DNA from: Eledone cirrhosa
Taxonomy: Eukaryota
Reading direction: 5' to 3'
Assembly (NCBI GenBank): GCA_964016885.1
Contig: OZ024742.1
Span: 31,124,001 to 31,188,000 of the forward strand
DNA length: 64,000 nucleotides
Notes under the pieces: model-generated
Database searches by the model: none
What the model was told of the DNA's origin: nothing
The model's input: the letters and a program-made list of their open reading frames with translations, nothing else
Program-made: the position numbers and the translations under genes
Part shown: positions 1 through 13,517 of the stretch, one piece after another
Numbering within the stretch: position 1 is the first letter of the stretch
How the letters are laid out: the number at the start of each line of letters is the position of its first letter

Positions 1-140
1 TTACGTCCTGAGGTTAAATTCCGCCAAGGTTAGCTTTGCCTTTCATTCTTACGGGGTCGATAAAATAAAGTACCAGTTATGCACTGGGGTCGATTTAATC
101 GACTTTTCCCACCCCTTGTGCTTAAAGCAGAAACAATTAA
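1..140 (+). mobile_element. tRNA-derived SINE family A, 5'-truncated by window edge
   Basis: Contains GCCTTTCATTCTTACGGGGTCGATAAAATAAAGTACCAG and ends AGAAACAATT, like the copies at 22.8, 25.4, 49, 50 and 57.6 kb. Confidence 0.85.
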
Positions 141-209
141 ATCGACCCCTGTACATGATTGGTACTTTATTTACCGAGCCTCATAAGAATGAAGGGCGAA
201 ACAAAGTGT

Positions 210-990
210 ATGAAGTAACCATGAGAATGATTTTTGTAATTCACTTATTTTAAGGCAGCCAGGAATTGTTTGCAGTCTTGGATATCATTTCTAATGCCCC
301 AATCAGGTAATCTAATTGTGTCGAGATGCCCCATTCTACTAGTTTCTATTTCACGGCCCTTGAATTTACTGAGTTACCCAACTATTGTTATATTTAGGGA
401 GGGCCATGTTCTCCTAATATTGCCAAAAAATAGAAAAACAATCACTGTTTGGTTTGGTTTTCGTTTCAGTTTCAGTATATGTTTTTTTAGTATATATTTT
501 TTCTATTTCCATGAATAATTTAGTTGGCAATCAATATTTATCATTGATTGACCAACAGTTAAAAATATTGATAAATATAATTTCTTAAAGTTCTTTCGTC
601 ACATATTTTTGTGACATCCTCAGTGAATATCGTTGTTTTCCTCCCGTTGTGTTTCTATAATGTTTTTAGAGAAACGTTTTCGTCAGCTGGCGCTGCGATA
701 TCCACAAGAAGACAAGTATTATTTCAACAAAATCTTTAACGATGATTGCATTTCTCGTGGGAGGATAAGTTCCGCCAGTTTTAAAAACAGAATTCCCAAA
801 AAACGTCGTTTGTCACTACAGCGTTCTCTTTGAGGCAACCATGAGTTACGGGTCCATACAAGAGTGAGCTGACTTTGTTGTTGCTGTTGCATGTATGGGA
901 AACACTTCCCACGTGAGATTGAAATACAATACCTTTGTTTGTTTACTCCGATTACTTCATATGTCAACTTCCTCGCCATTACTAAATTCT
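210..990 (-). mobile_element. Degenerate Penelope-like pLTR plus ORF-start relic
   Basis: Hammerhead-like motif at 585-627 resembles the one in the PLE at 15408/61795. ATG at 407 reads MALPKYNN versus MTLPK(H/Y)NN in those copies. Boundaries approximate. Confidence 0.55.
585..627 (-). ncRNA. Type I hammerhead ribozyme motif, degenerate helix I
   Basis: Minus strand reads ttca-CTGAGGA-t-gtcaca-aaaata-tgtgac-GAAA-gaac-TT-taag. Confidence 0.55.
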
Positions 991-1009
991 CATGTCATAT
1001 AGAAGGAAT

Positions 1010-1940
<931 letters not shown>

Positions 1941-2442
1941 TATGTGTAAGTATGATATATATCTATAGAACAACTGTAATAAGAAACTTGAAAAATATCC
2001 TTAATGGACGCCATTTATATTCTTGCACGAAAAACACGAACGTTGTACGAATTATATCTCAACGAAATAAACTAACTTTTGATAAGACAAACAAACATAA
2101 CATAATACTGAATTGAAACTGAACTAAATTTAACTAAACTAAACCCACAAGCAGTGACTAAATCTCTTGATACGGTCGTTTGTTTATTGTTAAGTCTCAT
2201 CCTACACAGTTACTGTTGTTTAACCCTAGGCTAGCTCTGGTCTAGTAGTCATATGTTTTTATCGTAATCATCACGTCTCTTATTCGGTCATAGGCAATCA
2301 AGGAGTATATTTTAAAGACTTTAAAGTGTGGTTTTAGTGAGAATTTGACTGCTACGTAGCCAATCGAATGATCAGGTAGAGATTTTATTCTTATTGTTGC
2401 GAAACCCTATGCTGTTGTCATGGTTATTCTGTCCATTAGTGT

Positions 2443-2632
2443 TCATATTATAACATTGTCTTTTTTAAATGTATCATGGATTACTTTACTGATGACAGAA
2501 GAAAGTGCAACAGTCTTTGTTCAATTTATATGCATGTTGTCAATTTACTTTTCAATATATATTTACATATAATATCAATATACATACTACATATACTAGC
2601 AGAAAACCGCCCGGTAGCGCTTCTTCTACTAG
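2443..2632 (+). mobile_element. Non-autonomous Helitron, diverged 3' fragment
   Basis: Aligns by eye to 50790-51002; ends in a degraded hairpin plus CTAG|T. Confidence 0.65.
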
Positions 2633-2916
2633 TATATAATAAAAAAAGTATATATAAACCCGTAGAGCAAATATCTATATCTAGTACAGAGTTTGGCATT
2701 TACATCATTTTATATTTACTATTGTATTTTCACAGAAAAGGCTTTATCTTACATAATTATCTCACATAATATCGAACCTACATAAGGAACCAAATAAATA
2801 TATATATATTTTTTAAAATAAGACTCCAGTTGCATTTTCGATTTCATCTTTTTTTCTTTATACTTTCACTCGTGTAGGACACCTCGGTTATTTTTCATTT
2901 TGTAAAAAAAAAACAC

Positions 2917-2979
<63 letters not shown>

Positions 2980-3129
2980 AGAAAAAAAAGAGAATCAGTG
3001 TTGCGACGAATAGAATTTATTGGACATATTACAATCGTTTCTCTAGCGACCAGCTCAAGTTATATATATTGTGGATGTGTATAACATCCATTTCATAATA
3101 GTATATAGTATATATAGTATGGGGACTCA

Positions 3130-3325
3130 AGACAGTGGCATAGAGTTTGACCTCAGCTGGAGTATTGTACAGAGAGCGAATGCGTACTCGGCCGGGGAGA
3201 GGAAGTGCAAGTTATGCCTGTCCGAGGCTATGGAGATAGTAAAACTTAAGGGCGACGCAGTCAACCTCATACCTGAAATCATCATGGCCTGCAGACACCA
3301 ACGTAAATATTCACAATATATATAA
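3130..3325 (+). pseudogene. C-terminal fragment of PLE GIY-YIG endonuclease (Neptune-like)
   Basis: FDLSWSIVQRANAYSAGERKCKLCLSEAMEI...VNLIPEIIMACRHQRKY fits the W-x-I...C-x-LCL-x-E...N...E...CRH pattern of Neptune-type PLE C-termini. Confidence 0.75.
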
Positions 3326-4592
3326 CTTGTTTGTGTACGCACGCAAGGTCCCTATGTGTCCACCAGCCATGAGACCTGCATCATGTGCAGACTCTTACCC
3401 AGTACCTTAGATCACCAGTCCCCATGTATATTATATAACCATATGCACCACAGCCCTCAAGTATTTTATGCAACTTTATGCACACCCCAATAATGTCCGG
3501 ACCCCCTCTGCATCCTTGTCATGTATACATTCCTTTTTCCAGCATTTTATTTTATTTTATTTTATTTATATTATTTTATTTTATGTACATACAGGCATTT
3601 TTTAAAAATATATATGTGCCACCCAAGTTATATGTGATTAGTGCAGTGATACTATGCGGCTATAACATTTATGCATATTGTGCATGCACTTTCGGGCTTA
3701 TATCGCCACATGATCGGGTTGGGTCCAAGCCTCAATAACGTTGTCCCATATAATACTATGTACATCATGTGCACAGCTGCGCGTGTGTGTACGGATGGGA
3801 GGGTATTCATCAAGTATGCGCCTTCGATATGAGCGTGCGCGGGTACATGTATGTATGTGCGTCCAGGCAGATATGCATGCGCACGTGTATGCACATGTCT
3901 GGGTGGATGTAATTGTATGAACATGTCTGTGGGAGAGTATGAATGCCTATGTGTAGATCTTTCTTTTTTTCATCTGTGTATATATGTGCAGCGCCTCAAA
4001 TGTACACGCTTCCCCGAGTACAGTGTGTGGGTGTAGATATGTGTATATTTATCAAAAATGCCATCGAAATAACTTTTTTTTGAAAGGCTGTTCCAAGCAT
4101 TCATTTAAAAACGTTCTTTGTACAGAGTTTTTCCTGATTTCTTTTCCCTTTTGAAATATGTATGTTTTAAGGTATTCTGAGGCTGTGTTCTTGAAACGTT
4201 ATGCTAAATATTTTTCTAATATTTTTCTAATTTGTTTTAAAAATTCCCTCCAAACATTATTTACGGTGATTATCACATACAATACAGTTGAAGGTGTGTA
4301 CGTGATCGGTGTAGACGAGGGCGCCTAAAGACAGTGAAGACGTCGAAGTGCCGCCAGCAGTTCAAGCATACAACCCCTTACCTACTACAGTAGTAATTCC
4401 GATCTAAGAAGCAAATTTGATTGTCAGGTCGAGAATGAAAAGAACCAAATAGTGGACAACCATGAGTGGCTAGAAATACCAATGACGTGTACAATTCTTG
4501 ACCACTCATAGAATGACAACAACAGGATCTAATCCGACAAGCAAAGGATATCCATGTAAAAGGACATAGGAAAATCTGCTTCGTAGAATCAA

Positions 4593-4688
4593 GACGTATC
4601 TGAGGACCTTGCGATTTTCAGAGTCAGGTTCGATCATCACATCGATCGTGCCTCGAGCTGGTCGCCAGAGAAACGATTGTAATATGTC
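4593..4688 (+). ncRNA. Type I hammerhead ribozyme with extended helix II
   Basis: gacgtat-CTGAGGA-[~63 nt structured]-GAAA-cgattg-TA-atatgtc; helix I is 7 bp. Confidence 0.75.
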
Positions 4689-4820
4689 CAATAAATTCCA
4701 TTCGTCGCAACAGTGATTCTCTTTTTTCTCTGATATCATACTCTGCTCTATGAGAGCATCGAGTGCTCATACGGCCTACCGCATACGGACGCTTTAAGCA
4801 TCCAACACCAAGTATATATA

Positions 4821-5462
4821 CTAGCAGAAAAACCACCCTTCGGGTAGTTTTCTGCTGACATGTGTAGTGTCTTGATTCTACGAAGCAGATTTTCCTATGT
4901 CCTTTTACATGGATATCCTTTGCTTGTCGGATTAGATCCTGTTGTTGTCATTCTATGAGTGGTCAAGAATTGTACACGTCATTGGTATTTCTAGCCACTC
5001 ATGTTTGTCCACTATTTGGTTCTTTTCATTCTCGACCTGGCAATCAAATTTGTTATACATGTAGATAAGATACGTCAAATAAAATCGTAATTGACAATAT
5101 ATAATACATAGAAATTGAAGAGAATCTGTGTTACACTGTCTTATGTAATCAGTAACTTAATCCATGATACATTAAAAAAAGACGATATTATATATAAACT
5201 GCATTAGGAGAAAATTAGTGACAAAAAATTAGTATGTTTATTTACGCGATGGCCAACCGGAAGTGTTGACATTACAGAAATTTTAAAGAAGTGAATCTTT
5301 AAATAAACAAAATATATTTAATCAACAGCCACGAAATTTAGTAGATAAATTATGTAATATTCATTCATTATTTATTCAAAGTAATCCAACTTATTTTACA
5401 AACGGGATAAAAAAAAATATTCTGGACGCTGTCCCGCACTCCTCCCTTTATTATAGTTAAGA
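4821..5462 (-). mobile_element. Non-autonomous Helitron, full length, with foreign insert at 4868-5052
   Basis: Minus strand starts A|TCTTAACTATAATAAAG and ends with a subterminal hairpin plus CTAG|T, no TSD. Homologous to 50010-51002. Confidence 0.8.
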
Positions 5463-5589
5463 TATATATATATATAAAATGAGAAAACTCATCGCTAGAA
5501 CATCTGTTAAAATAGCCAAATGCTGTTTTGACCAGCGATAGTAAAAAAATATGTGTGTGTGTGTGTGTGAGTGTGTGTCTGTGAGTGTG

Positions 5590-5620
<31 letters not shown>

Positions 5621-6169
5621 TTGTGGGTGGGGGGGGGGGGGGGCATCGTCTTTATTAAATGTTATTGATAGTCATCACATTCCTTCAAATGTATATATAA
5701 TACAGATCTAATGTAAGAATTTCTTCTTTAGAGATACTGTAGGATGTAAGAAAAGTGCTTCTATCTTCTTATGGAATATTGTTGATATTAAGGGACGGAA
5801 GGTGGCAAGAAATGTCTTGTTATGAGAATTCTTATCTAATGTTTTGGTCAATATTATGATGTCTATATATATAAATATATTAATAAAAGGAATTCCAACT
5901 TTGTCTGATTTACTCGTTTTATTTATAATCCTTTAAAATGACAAGAAAGATACTAATAAAATAAGAGTAATCAAAACACTTAGTAGAGTGAAAAAGCTAA
6001 ATTTTCACTCTTCCGTTACGTTGAGTTGCTTGCACCATCAAATAGTGATCGGTTACTTGTTCTTGGTCCGACAGAGAATAGTAATGTCGGGCTATTTATA
6101 TTATACAACACTAATACAAAATTAGAATAGTCTTTCTAATTTGCATAACAGTGCACTTATTAGCTAAGT

Positions 6170-6412
6170 CTAAAGTCTGTCTCGAGCCCGGAGGCTCATC
6201 AGGCCGGTGTTTATCCTGCTAGTCCATTGCAGGGTTAAACCCCCCCCCCCCCCCCAGCTATTGCTGGTACTCCTTTTCAGCTTGAGTATACTGGAAGAAT
6301 GTGAAATGAAATGTTTTTCTCAAGAACACAACACACAACACACTCCAGGAATCGAACCCACGACATTATGATCGTAAGTGCACCATCCTTACCACTAGGC
6401 CACATGCCTCCA
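6170..6412 (-). mobile_element. tRNA-derived SINE (group B head and central domain, different 3' tail)
   Basis: A box TGGCCTAGTGG and B box GGTTCGATTCC, then a degenerate central domain GTGTTCTTGAGAAAAACATTTCATTTCACATT. Confidence 0.8.
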
Positions 6413-6693
6413 CTAATTATCAGTAAGTAGGCGTTAATGAGTTAATAATAGAAGGAATATACAATGTAAAGTAAATTACATATGTGAGATTTTAATTAAA
6501 AACCTATTTAGAGATTTGAGTTAAACCACAGGTGTTTATCATGGTGTCTAGAAAGAAGATATCGATTTAACTAGTTTCAACTTTAACAACAGCTTCACCA
6601 CCAAGGATCAATAATTCGTTATCGATCACAAAGAAAACGAAAGCTTAAGGCTATTTTAGTTGTGGAGGTAGGTGGAGTAGGAGTTAGGGTATA

Positions 6694-7045
6694 CCGGGGT
6701 GATGAAAAGTTTCTGGCTTTGGGTAAAAGAAAATATAGGGGGATCAGTTAAAAGAAAATAGAGGAGTTTCAGTTAAAAGTAAATACCGGAGGATCAGTTA
6801 AAATTAAATACTGGAGGATCAGTTAAAAGTAAATACTGGAGGATCAGTTATAATATAAGAGGATCAGTTATAATACAGGAGGATCAGTTAAAAGTAAATA
6901 CAGGAAAATCAGTTAATTATGATTTTATTCAACATATTCCCCTTTCAGATCCACACATTTATTGCAGCGGTCCTACTTCCCCTGCAAAGGTAACAGCTCT
7001 ACCCATCCGTGATACCCTTAAGCCAGGAATTTTTCAGTACCCCGG
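6694..7045. mobile_element. Tc1/mariner-type MITE
   Basis: Imperfect ~26-bp TIRs (CCGGGGTGATGAAAAGTTTCTGGCTT / AAGCCAGGAATTTTTCAGTACCCCGG) with TA on both sides. Confidence 0.85.
6724..6916 (+). repeat. 20-25 bp minisatellite inside the MITE
   Basis: About 8 copies of GGAGGATCAGTTAAAAGTAAATAC(T) and shorter variants. Confidence 0.9.
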
Positions 7046-7049
7046 TAAG

Positions 7050-7340
7050 CCTTATGATCGTAAGGTCGTGTGTTGGAATCCCTCGGTGTTTGTGCCATTG
7101 AGCAAGACACTTTATTTCACGTTGCTCCAGTCTATTCAGCAGGTAAAAATGAGTTGTACCTGTAATTCAAAGGACCAACTTTATCATCGATTGTGTCACG
7201 CTGAATCTCCCTGAGAACTAGGTTAAGAGTACATTTGTCTGTGTAATTCTCAGCCATTTACATGTTCATTTCACAAGCAGGCTGTTCTCTTGTTCAAACA
7301 ACTGGAATACTCATCATTGGAACAGGCGGAGATCTACTAC
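7050..7340 (+). mobile_element. SINE group B with CORE-like central domain, partial head
   Basis: TTGAGCAAGACACTTTATTTCACGTTGCTCCAG followed by a 3' body shared with 26160-26350, 27390-27517 and 53450-53625. Confidence 0.85.
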
Positions 7341-7344
7341 ATAC

Positions 7345-7375
<31 letters not shown>

Positions 7376-7429
7376 TGTATGTATGTATGTATGTATGTAT
7401 GTATGTATGTATGTATGTATGTATGTATG

Positions 7430-8036
7430 TCAGGTCACCAGTTGGTGCTACTGGTAACATGTATCCCAGTACAACCTGTCTCATGGTCGGGTCGTTGGCG
7501 ACTAAACTGGCAACCCCACCAAGGTTTCTTGGTGAGGAGGGTGACTTTGGACATCCTGCAGGACTAAAAACAAAACCTGTCAAAGGGCAAAGGAGCTCTT
7601 AAGAGTCAATGGCCATCCAAAATCACCGGGAGAGATGACCCCTTAGCCTTTGTCAAGGCAGAATTCTAGGAGAAGGAAAACTCTGATATAACACCTGCAA
7701 CCCTGATGGTATCCAATGATGTTGACTTGTTCTTCTTTTTGGTAAATATCATCTTGGTTAAGAGAGTGGGACTGGCTTTGTGCAGTGCCTTTGCTCACTA
7801 TAAAAGCTTCACGGCACAGGCATTGCTTTATATCTGGAGATCTCTCTGCACTTGTCCTCACATGGTACCATGGGCCCAGCACTGTGTCAATAATTGTCAC
7901 AAGTCTAGTGTTTGTACCGGAGTTTTCAATACGCTGGCTGGACTAAAAAGTCACACTCGTTCAGCGCATCGGTAGGGGTTCTCCTACATGGATATAAAGT
8001 AGTGGCCGTACTCGAAAACGAGTTGGCAGCCACCAT
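7430..8036 (+). mobile_element. Non-autonomous, internally deleted RTE derivative with (ATGT)n tail
   Basis: 3' part encodes CHKSSVCTGVFNTLAGLKSHTRSAHR*, homologous to the last finger of the adjacent RTE. Has a CTCG-AAAA-CGAG stem-loop before the tail. Second copy at ~11490-11955. Confidence 0.75.
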
Positions 8037-8118
8037 GTATGTATGTATGTATGTATGTATGTATGTATGTATGTATGTATGTATGTATGTATGTATGTAT
8101 GTATGTATGTATGTATGT

Positions 8119-10396
8119 CTTTCTCAGATGAAGGATCAGTGGTGGAGTGAGAAGGCTGGTGAGATACAAACTGCGTCAGATTCCAATAACACAAAGCTGT
8201 TGTACAGTCTCTTGCGTGAGGTTTATGGACCGTCTTCTTCTCTGGTGACACCGCTTCGCAGCAAGGATGGCAAAGAACTTCTTCGTGACTCACAAGGAAT
8301 TCTACGAAGGTGGCGAGAGCACTTTGATGATCTTTTGAATCAGCCGTCTGTCGTCAGTGAAGATTTCCTCAAATTCATTCCAGAAAGTCCTGTGAAAGTA
8401 GCTCTCGCAGAACCTCCGACGTTTGTGGAGGTTGCAGTGGCTATTTAGAAGCTGAACAGTGGAAGATCTCCAGGTATGGATGGCATACATGCTGAGCTCC
8501 TACAATATGGTGGTGAGAGACTCCTGCAACATCTTCACTCTTTGTTTGGCAGGATATGGGCTAATGAATCCGTACCTGAGGACTGGAGAGATGCAGTAAT
8601 GGTGGTCTTGTACAAGGGAAAGGGTAACAGGAATGATTGTGGGAACTACAGAGGCATACGATTGCTTTCTGTCGTAGGGAAAGTTTTATGTAGGGTGCTT
8701 CTGGACCGTCTGCTGACACACATTGCAGATTGTGTTCTTCCTGAAAGTCAATCTGGTTTTCGTGCTGGACGCGGCACTACTGATATGATCTTCTCAGCTA
8801 GACAGCTCCAGGAGAAGTGCATGGAACAAGGCTTGGATATGTATCAGGTTTTTGTCGATCTGACAAAAGCTTTCGATATTGTTAACAGAGATGCATTATG
8901 GAAGGTTCTCCAGAAACTTGGCTGCCCTGATAAGTTCCTTGCTTTAGTTAGGTCTTTCCATGACGACATGAAGGCTTGGGTTAATGTCGGAGGTAACATG
9001 TATGAGCCTATCTCAGTAAAAAATGGAGTGAAACGGGGGGGATATTCCAGCACCAACCCTGTTTGCCATATACTTTGCAATGGTTTTCTGTATTGCATTC
9101 AGGAATTGCGAGCATGGTATTTACATCCAATATCGAACCCCAGGCAGCATATTTAACATCAGGCGCTTTGATGCAAAGACAAAAGTATTTACATCAATCA
9201 TAAGAGACCTCTTGTATGCAGATGATTGCGATCTTGTAGCGCACACAGAGAGTGATATGCAGCACATTTTGAATGCATTTTTTTACGCTTGCACTGCCCT
9301 AGGATTGACTGTCAGTCTCAAGAAAACCGTCGTCATGTACCAACCTGCTCCTGGTAAGCAGTACACTGAACCAAATATCTATGTGTATGGTAAACGACTT
9401 GGAGTGGTTGATCAGTTTGTCTACCTGGGAAGCACTGTCAATCGATACAGCAACCTTGACAGTGAAATCTCACTTAGGATTAGGAAAGCAAGTGATGCTT
9501 TCGGAAAGCTAGAAAGGCGACTCTGGGGTCGGCGAGACATATGCAGGAGGACAAAGGTAAAGGTGTACAGGGCATGTGTGCTCTCTTGTCTTCTTTATGC
9601 CTGCGAGACCTGGGTCACATATCGACACCACCTTAAGCAATTGGAGCGTTTCCATCAGATGTGTTTCAGACGGATCCATGGCGTTCACTGGAGGGACCAC
9701 ATCAGTGATGTCGAGATTTTGGAAAGCTCTATGTGTGACAGTATAGAAGCTCTTGTGCTTAAGCAACGAATCCGTTGGAGTGGTCACCTTGCCAGGATGA
9801 AGGATTCTAGAATACCAAAGCAACTCTTTTATGGAGAGTTGGTTAAAGGAAAACGACCGCCACATAAACCAAAAAAGAGGTATAAGGATTCCTTGAAAGC
9901 CTCTCTGAAAGACGCTAACATCTCTGCTGATACATGGGAAAATATTGCTGCTGATCGTAATAAATGGAGAAAGACTGTATATGAGGGAAAATTTGCCTTT
10001 GAGACATCTCGAATCGCATACGAGAAAGTAAAGCGGCATGTGAGGAAGGGCATTGCTGTTGCACTTCCAGACGGCGAGGGTCCTCCTATGGTGCTGACAT
10101 GCAGCGTCTGTGCGAGACTCTGCCTAAACAAAGCTGGACTCGAAAGTCATCTTCGCAGTCATAACGTAAGACCAGTGGTTGACTACCAGGCTGCTGTTGG
10201 AGATGCTACTCATCATGCTTGCCAAACATGTGGTAGAGAATGTAAATCAGCAGGAGGGCTCAAGCGACATGCAAAAGTATACGAACTCCAACCACAGCCG
10301 ACTATTCCCAGTGAATGTTTTGGTTGCCGACTCTGTGCAAGACATTTTAGATCATTGGCTGGGCTAAAAAGCCACATTCGATCGCAGCGCTGTTAG
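8119..10396 (+). pseudogene. RTE-clade LINE ORF: reverse transcriptase plus C-terminal C2H2-like fingers, 5'-truncated and disrupted
   Basis: Motifs GRSPGMDGIHAE, LYKGKG...CGNYRGI, LPESQSGFRAGRGTTDMIF, FVDLTKAFD, LLYADD, FVYLGS and LLYACETW. In-frame TAG at 8446-8448 and a frameshift at the G-run near 9035-9041. Confidence 0.93.
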
Positions 10397-10756
10397 TTGC
10401 TATCGTGTGTGTGTGTGTGTATAGATATGTTTATGCGTGTGCGTGTATGTGTATATATATATGTATATGTATATTATTATTGTTGTTGTCGTTATTATTA
10501 TTGTTGTTATTATTATTATTATTATTATTGTTATTATGTGTATTATTATTATTATTATTATTGTGTATATGTGTGTGTGTGTATGTGTGTGTGTGTATGT
10601 GTATATATATATATATATATATGTAGATAAATCTACCAAGAGTTTACGGTAGAGTCCAATCCGTATGAAGAACTCAATGTAATCCGGATATCATGGAAAG
10701 AAGAGATGCAATGAAAAATCACTTTCGGTGAAAGATAAACGGAATACAGAGTCAAG

Positions 10757-11215
10757 ATAAAATATTAAAAAAATAATGAATAAAACAATGAAACAGTTCC
10801 TTATATTAAACAAAAAAAGTTCATTATTTAACGATCGTTTCTAGGATATATATGTGTTAGAATTGGCATGCATATTCAACAGATCTATGTACAAAATTAT
10901 ACAAAATTATACAAACTATCAAAATTAAATATACATACCAAACACATATATATGCCGTCTTCAGAAATAATTATTTCTGAAGACGGTTATTCTGAAGACG
11001 ATTATTTCTGAAGACGGCATATATATGTGTTTGGTATGTATATTTAATTTTGATAGTTTGTATAATTTTGTATAATTTTGTACATAGATCTGTTGAATAT
11101 GCATGCCAATTCTAACACATATATATCCTAGAAACGATCGTTAAATAATGAACTTTTTTTGTTTAATATAAGGAACTGTTTCATTGTTTTATTCATTATT
11201 TTTTTAATATTTTAT
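10757..11215. repeat. Fold-back palindrome, ~215-bp arms
   Basis: 10757-10971 is the reverse complement of 11001-11215. The spacer is two extra copies of TTAT(T)TCTGAAGACG. Confidence 0.92.
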
Positions 11216-11219
11216 ATAT

Positions 11220-11366
<147 letters not shown>

Positions 11367-11429
11367 TTCTTTATTTTTATTTTTATTTTTATTTTATTTT
11401 TATTTTATTTTTTATTGTTTAATTTTTTT

Positions 11430-11955
11430 TCTCCTCGTGCAATGGCCATACTCGATAACGAGGGGGCAGCCATCATGTATGTATGTATGTCCTTTGACAG
11501 GTTTTGTTCAAAGGACTCTTAAGAGTCAATGGCCATCCAAAATCACCGGGAGAGACGACCCCTTAGCCTTTGTCAAGGCAGAATTCTAGGAGAAGGAAAA
11601 CTCTGATATAACACCTGCAACTCTGATGGTATCCAATGATGTTGACTTGTTCTTCTTTTTGGTAAATATCATCTTGGTTAAGAGAGTGGGACTGGCTTTG
11701 TGCAGTGCCTTTGCTCACTATAAAAGCTTCACGACACAGGTATTGCTTTATATCTGGAGATCTCTCTTCACTTGTCGTCACATGGTACCATGGGCCCAGC
11801 ACTATGTGTCAATAATTGTCACAAGTGTAGTGTTTGTACCAGAGTTTTCAAGTCGCTGGCTGGACTAAAAAGTCACTCGTTCAGCGCATCGGTTGGGGTT
11901 CTCCTACATGGTTATAAAGTAGTGGCCGTACTCGAAAACGAGTTGGCAGCCACCA
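11430..11955 (+). mobile_element. RTE 3'-end stub followed by a second non-autonomous RTE copy
   Basis: 11430-11490 is the 3' stem-loop plus ATGT tail. 11509-11955 is near-identical to 7588-8036. 11491-11508 is an inverted piece of 7570-7586. Confidence 0.8.
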
Positions 11956-12146
11956 TGTATGTGTGTATATGTATATATGTGTGTGTATGTATGTATGTAT
12001 GTATGTATGTATGTATGTATGTATGTATGTATGTATGTATGTTTGTGTGTGAGGGGATGTCACAGTTGTGGCAATTAAACAGCAAGATGTAAAAAGTGAC
12101 AGTTACATGCCCTTTGTAATTAAGCTGCTAATCGTGTGTAATCACA

Positions 12147-12995
12147 TTGGTGGTGGTGATGGTGGTGGTGGTGGTGGTGATGGTGGTTTTGGTGGTGGTG
12201 GTGGTGATGGTAGTGATGGTGGTGGTGATGGTGGTGGTTGTGGTGGTGATGGTGGTGATGGTGGTGTTGATGGTTGTGATGGTGGTGGTGATGATGGTTT
12301 TGGTGGTGATGGTGGTGGTGGTGGTGGTGATGGTGGTGGTAGTGGTGGTGGTGATGGTAGTGATGGTGGTGGTGATGGTGGTTGTGGTGGTGATGGTGGT
12401 GATGGTGGTGGTGGTGGTGGTGGTGATGGTGGTGGTGGTGGTGGTGATGGTGGTGATGGTGGTTTTGGTGGTGGTCGTGGTGATGGTGGTGGTGGTGGTG
12501 GTGGTGGTGGTGGTGATGGTGGTGGTGATGGTGATGACGGTGGTGATGGTAGTGGTGGTGGTGGTGGTGGTGGTTGTGGTAGTGGTGGTGGTGTTGGTGA
12601 TGGTGATGACGGTGGTGATGGTAGTGGTGGTGGTGGTGGTGGTGGTGGTGGTTGTGGTAGTGGTGGTGGTGGTGGTGTGGTAGTGGTGATGATGATGATG
12701 GCGATGGTGATGGTGGTGATGAGGATGATGATGATGATGATGGTGCTGGTGATGATGATGATGACGATGATGACGACGACGATGATAATGATTGTGGTGA
12801 TGATGGTGATGGTGGGGATGATGATGGTGATGATGGTGATTGTGACAGTGATGGTTATGGTGATGATGATGATGATGACTAGACTACGACGATGATAATA
12901 ATGATGGTGGTGGGGGTGGTGGTGGTGATGGTGGCGACAACGATGACCATGATGATGATGATGATGGTGAGGAGGAGGAGAAGAAGGAGGAGGGT
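12147..12995. repeat. (GGT)n/(GAT)n compound microsatellite
   Basis: Seen directly. Confidence 0.95.
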
Positions 12996-13074
12996 TGAGT
13001 GCTAGCTGTTATTGCGCAATTAACTTGCAACTTTGAGTGGCGAAATTATTAACCTATTAATTTTGTAATTATCC

Positions 13075-13120
13075 TTGTTGTTGTTACTGTATTTATTTCT
13101 GTTGTTGTTGTAGTTGCTGA

Positions 13121-13160
<40 letters not shown>

Positions 13161-13165
13161 GCTGA

Positions 13166-13217
<52 letters not shown>

Positions 13218-13486
13218 GATAATAATAATAACAATTCTGATGATTATTATTTTTTTGCTTTCGTATTTTTCTGTTTTGCTATGTAATCTTCTTCTTCTTC
13301 TTCTTCTTCTTCTTCTTCTTCTTCTTCTTCTTCTTCTTCTTCTTCTTCTTCTTCTTCTTCTTCTTCTTCTTCTTCTTCTTCTTCTTCTTCAACTTCTTCT
13401 TCTTTTGAACTTCTTCTTGAACTTCTTCTCTTGAACTTCTTCTTCTTTTGAACTTCTTCTTGAACTTCTTCTTCTTCTTCTTTTGA

Positions 13487-13517
<31 letters not shown>

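Larger units (their letters stand above)
2976..4815 (+). mobile_element. 5'-truncated Neptune-type Penelope-like element with inverted 5' pLTR fragment
   Basis: 2976-3058 is the reverse complement of ~4655-4737. Carries an endonuclease C-terminus at 3130-3325, a hammerhead at 4593-4688 and AATAAA at 4690. Flanked by (AT)n. Confidence 0.75.

Noticed and set aside
6340-6412. tRNA genes suggested by A and B boxes here and at other sites
   Set aside because: These are SINE heads running into SINE bodies, with no complete cloverleaf.
9509-10131. Antisense ORFs over the RTE and PLE coding regions
   Set aside because: Shadow frames with no recognisable motifs.
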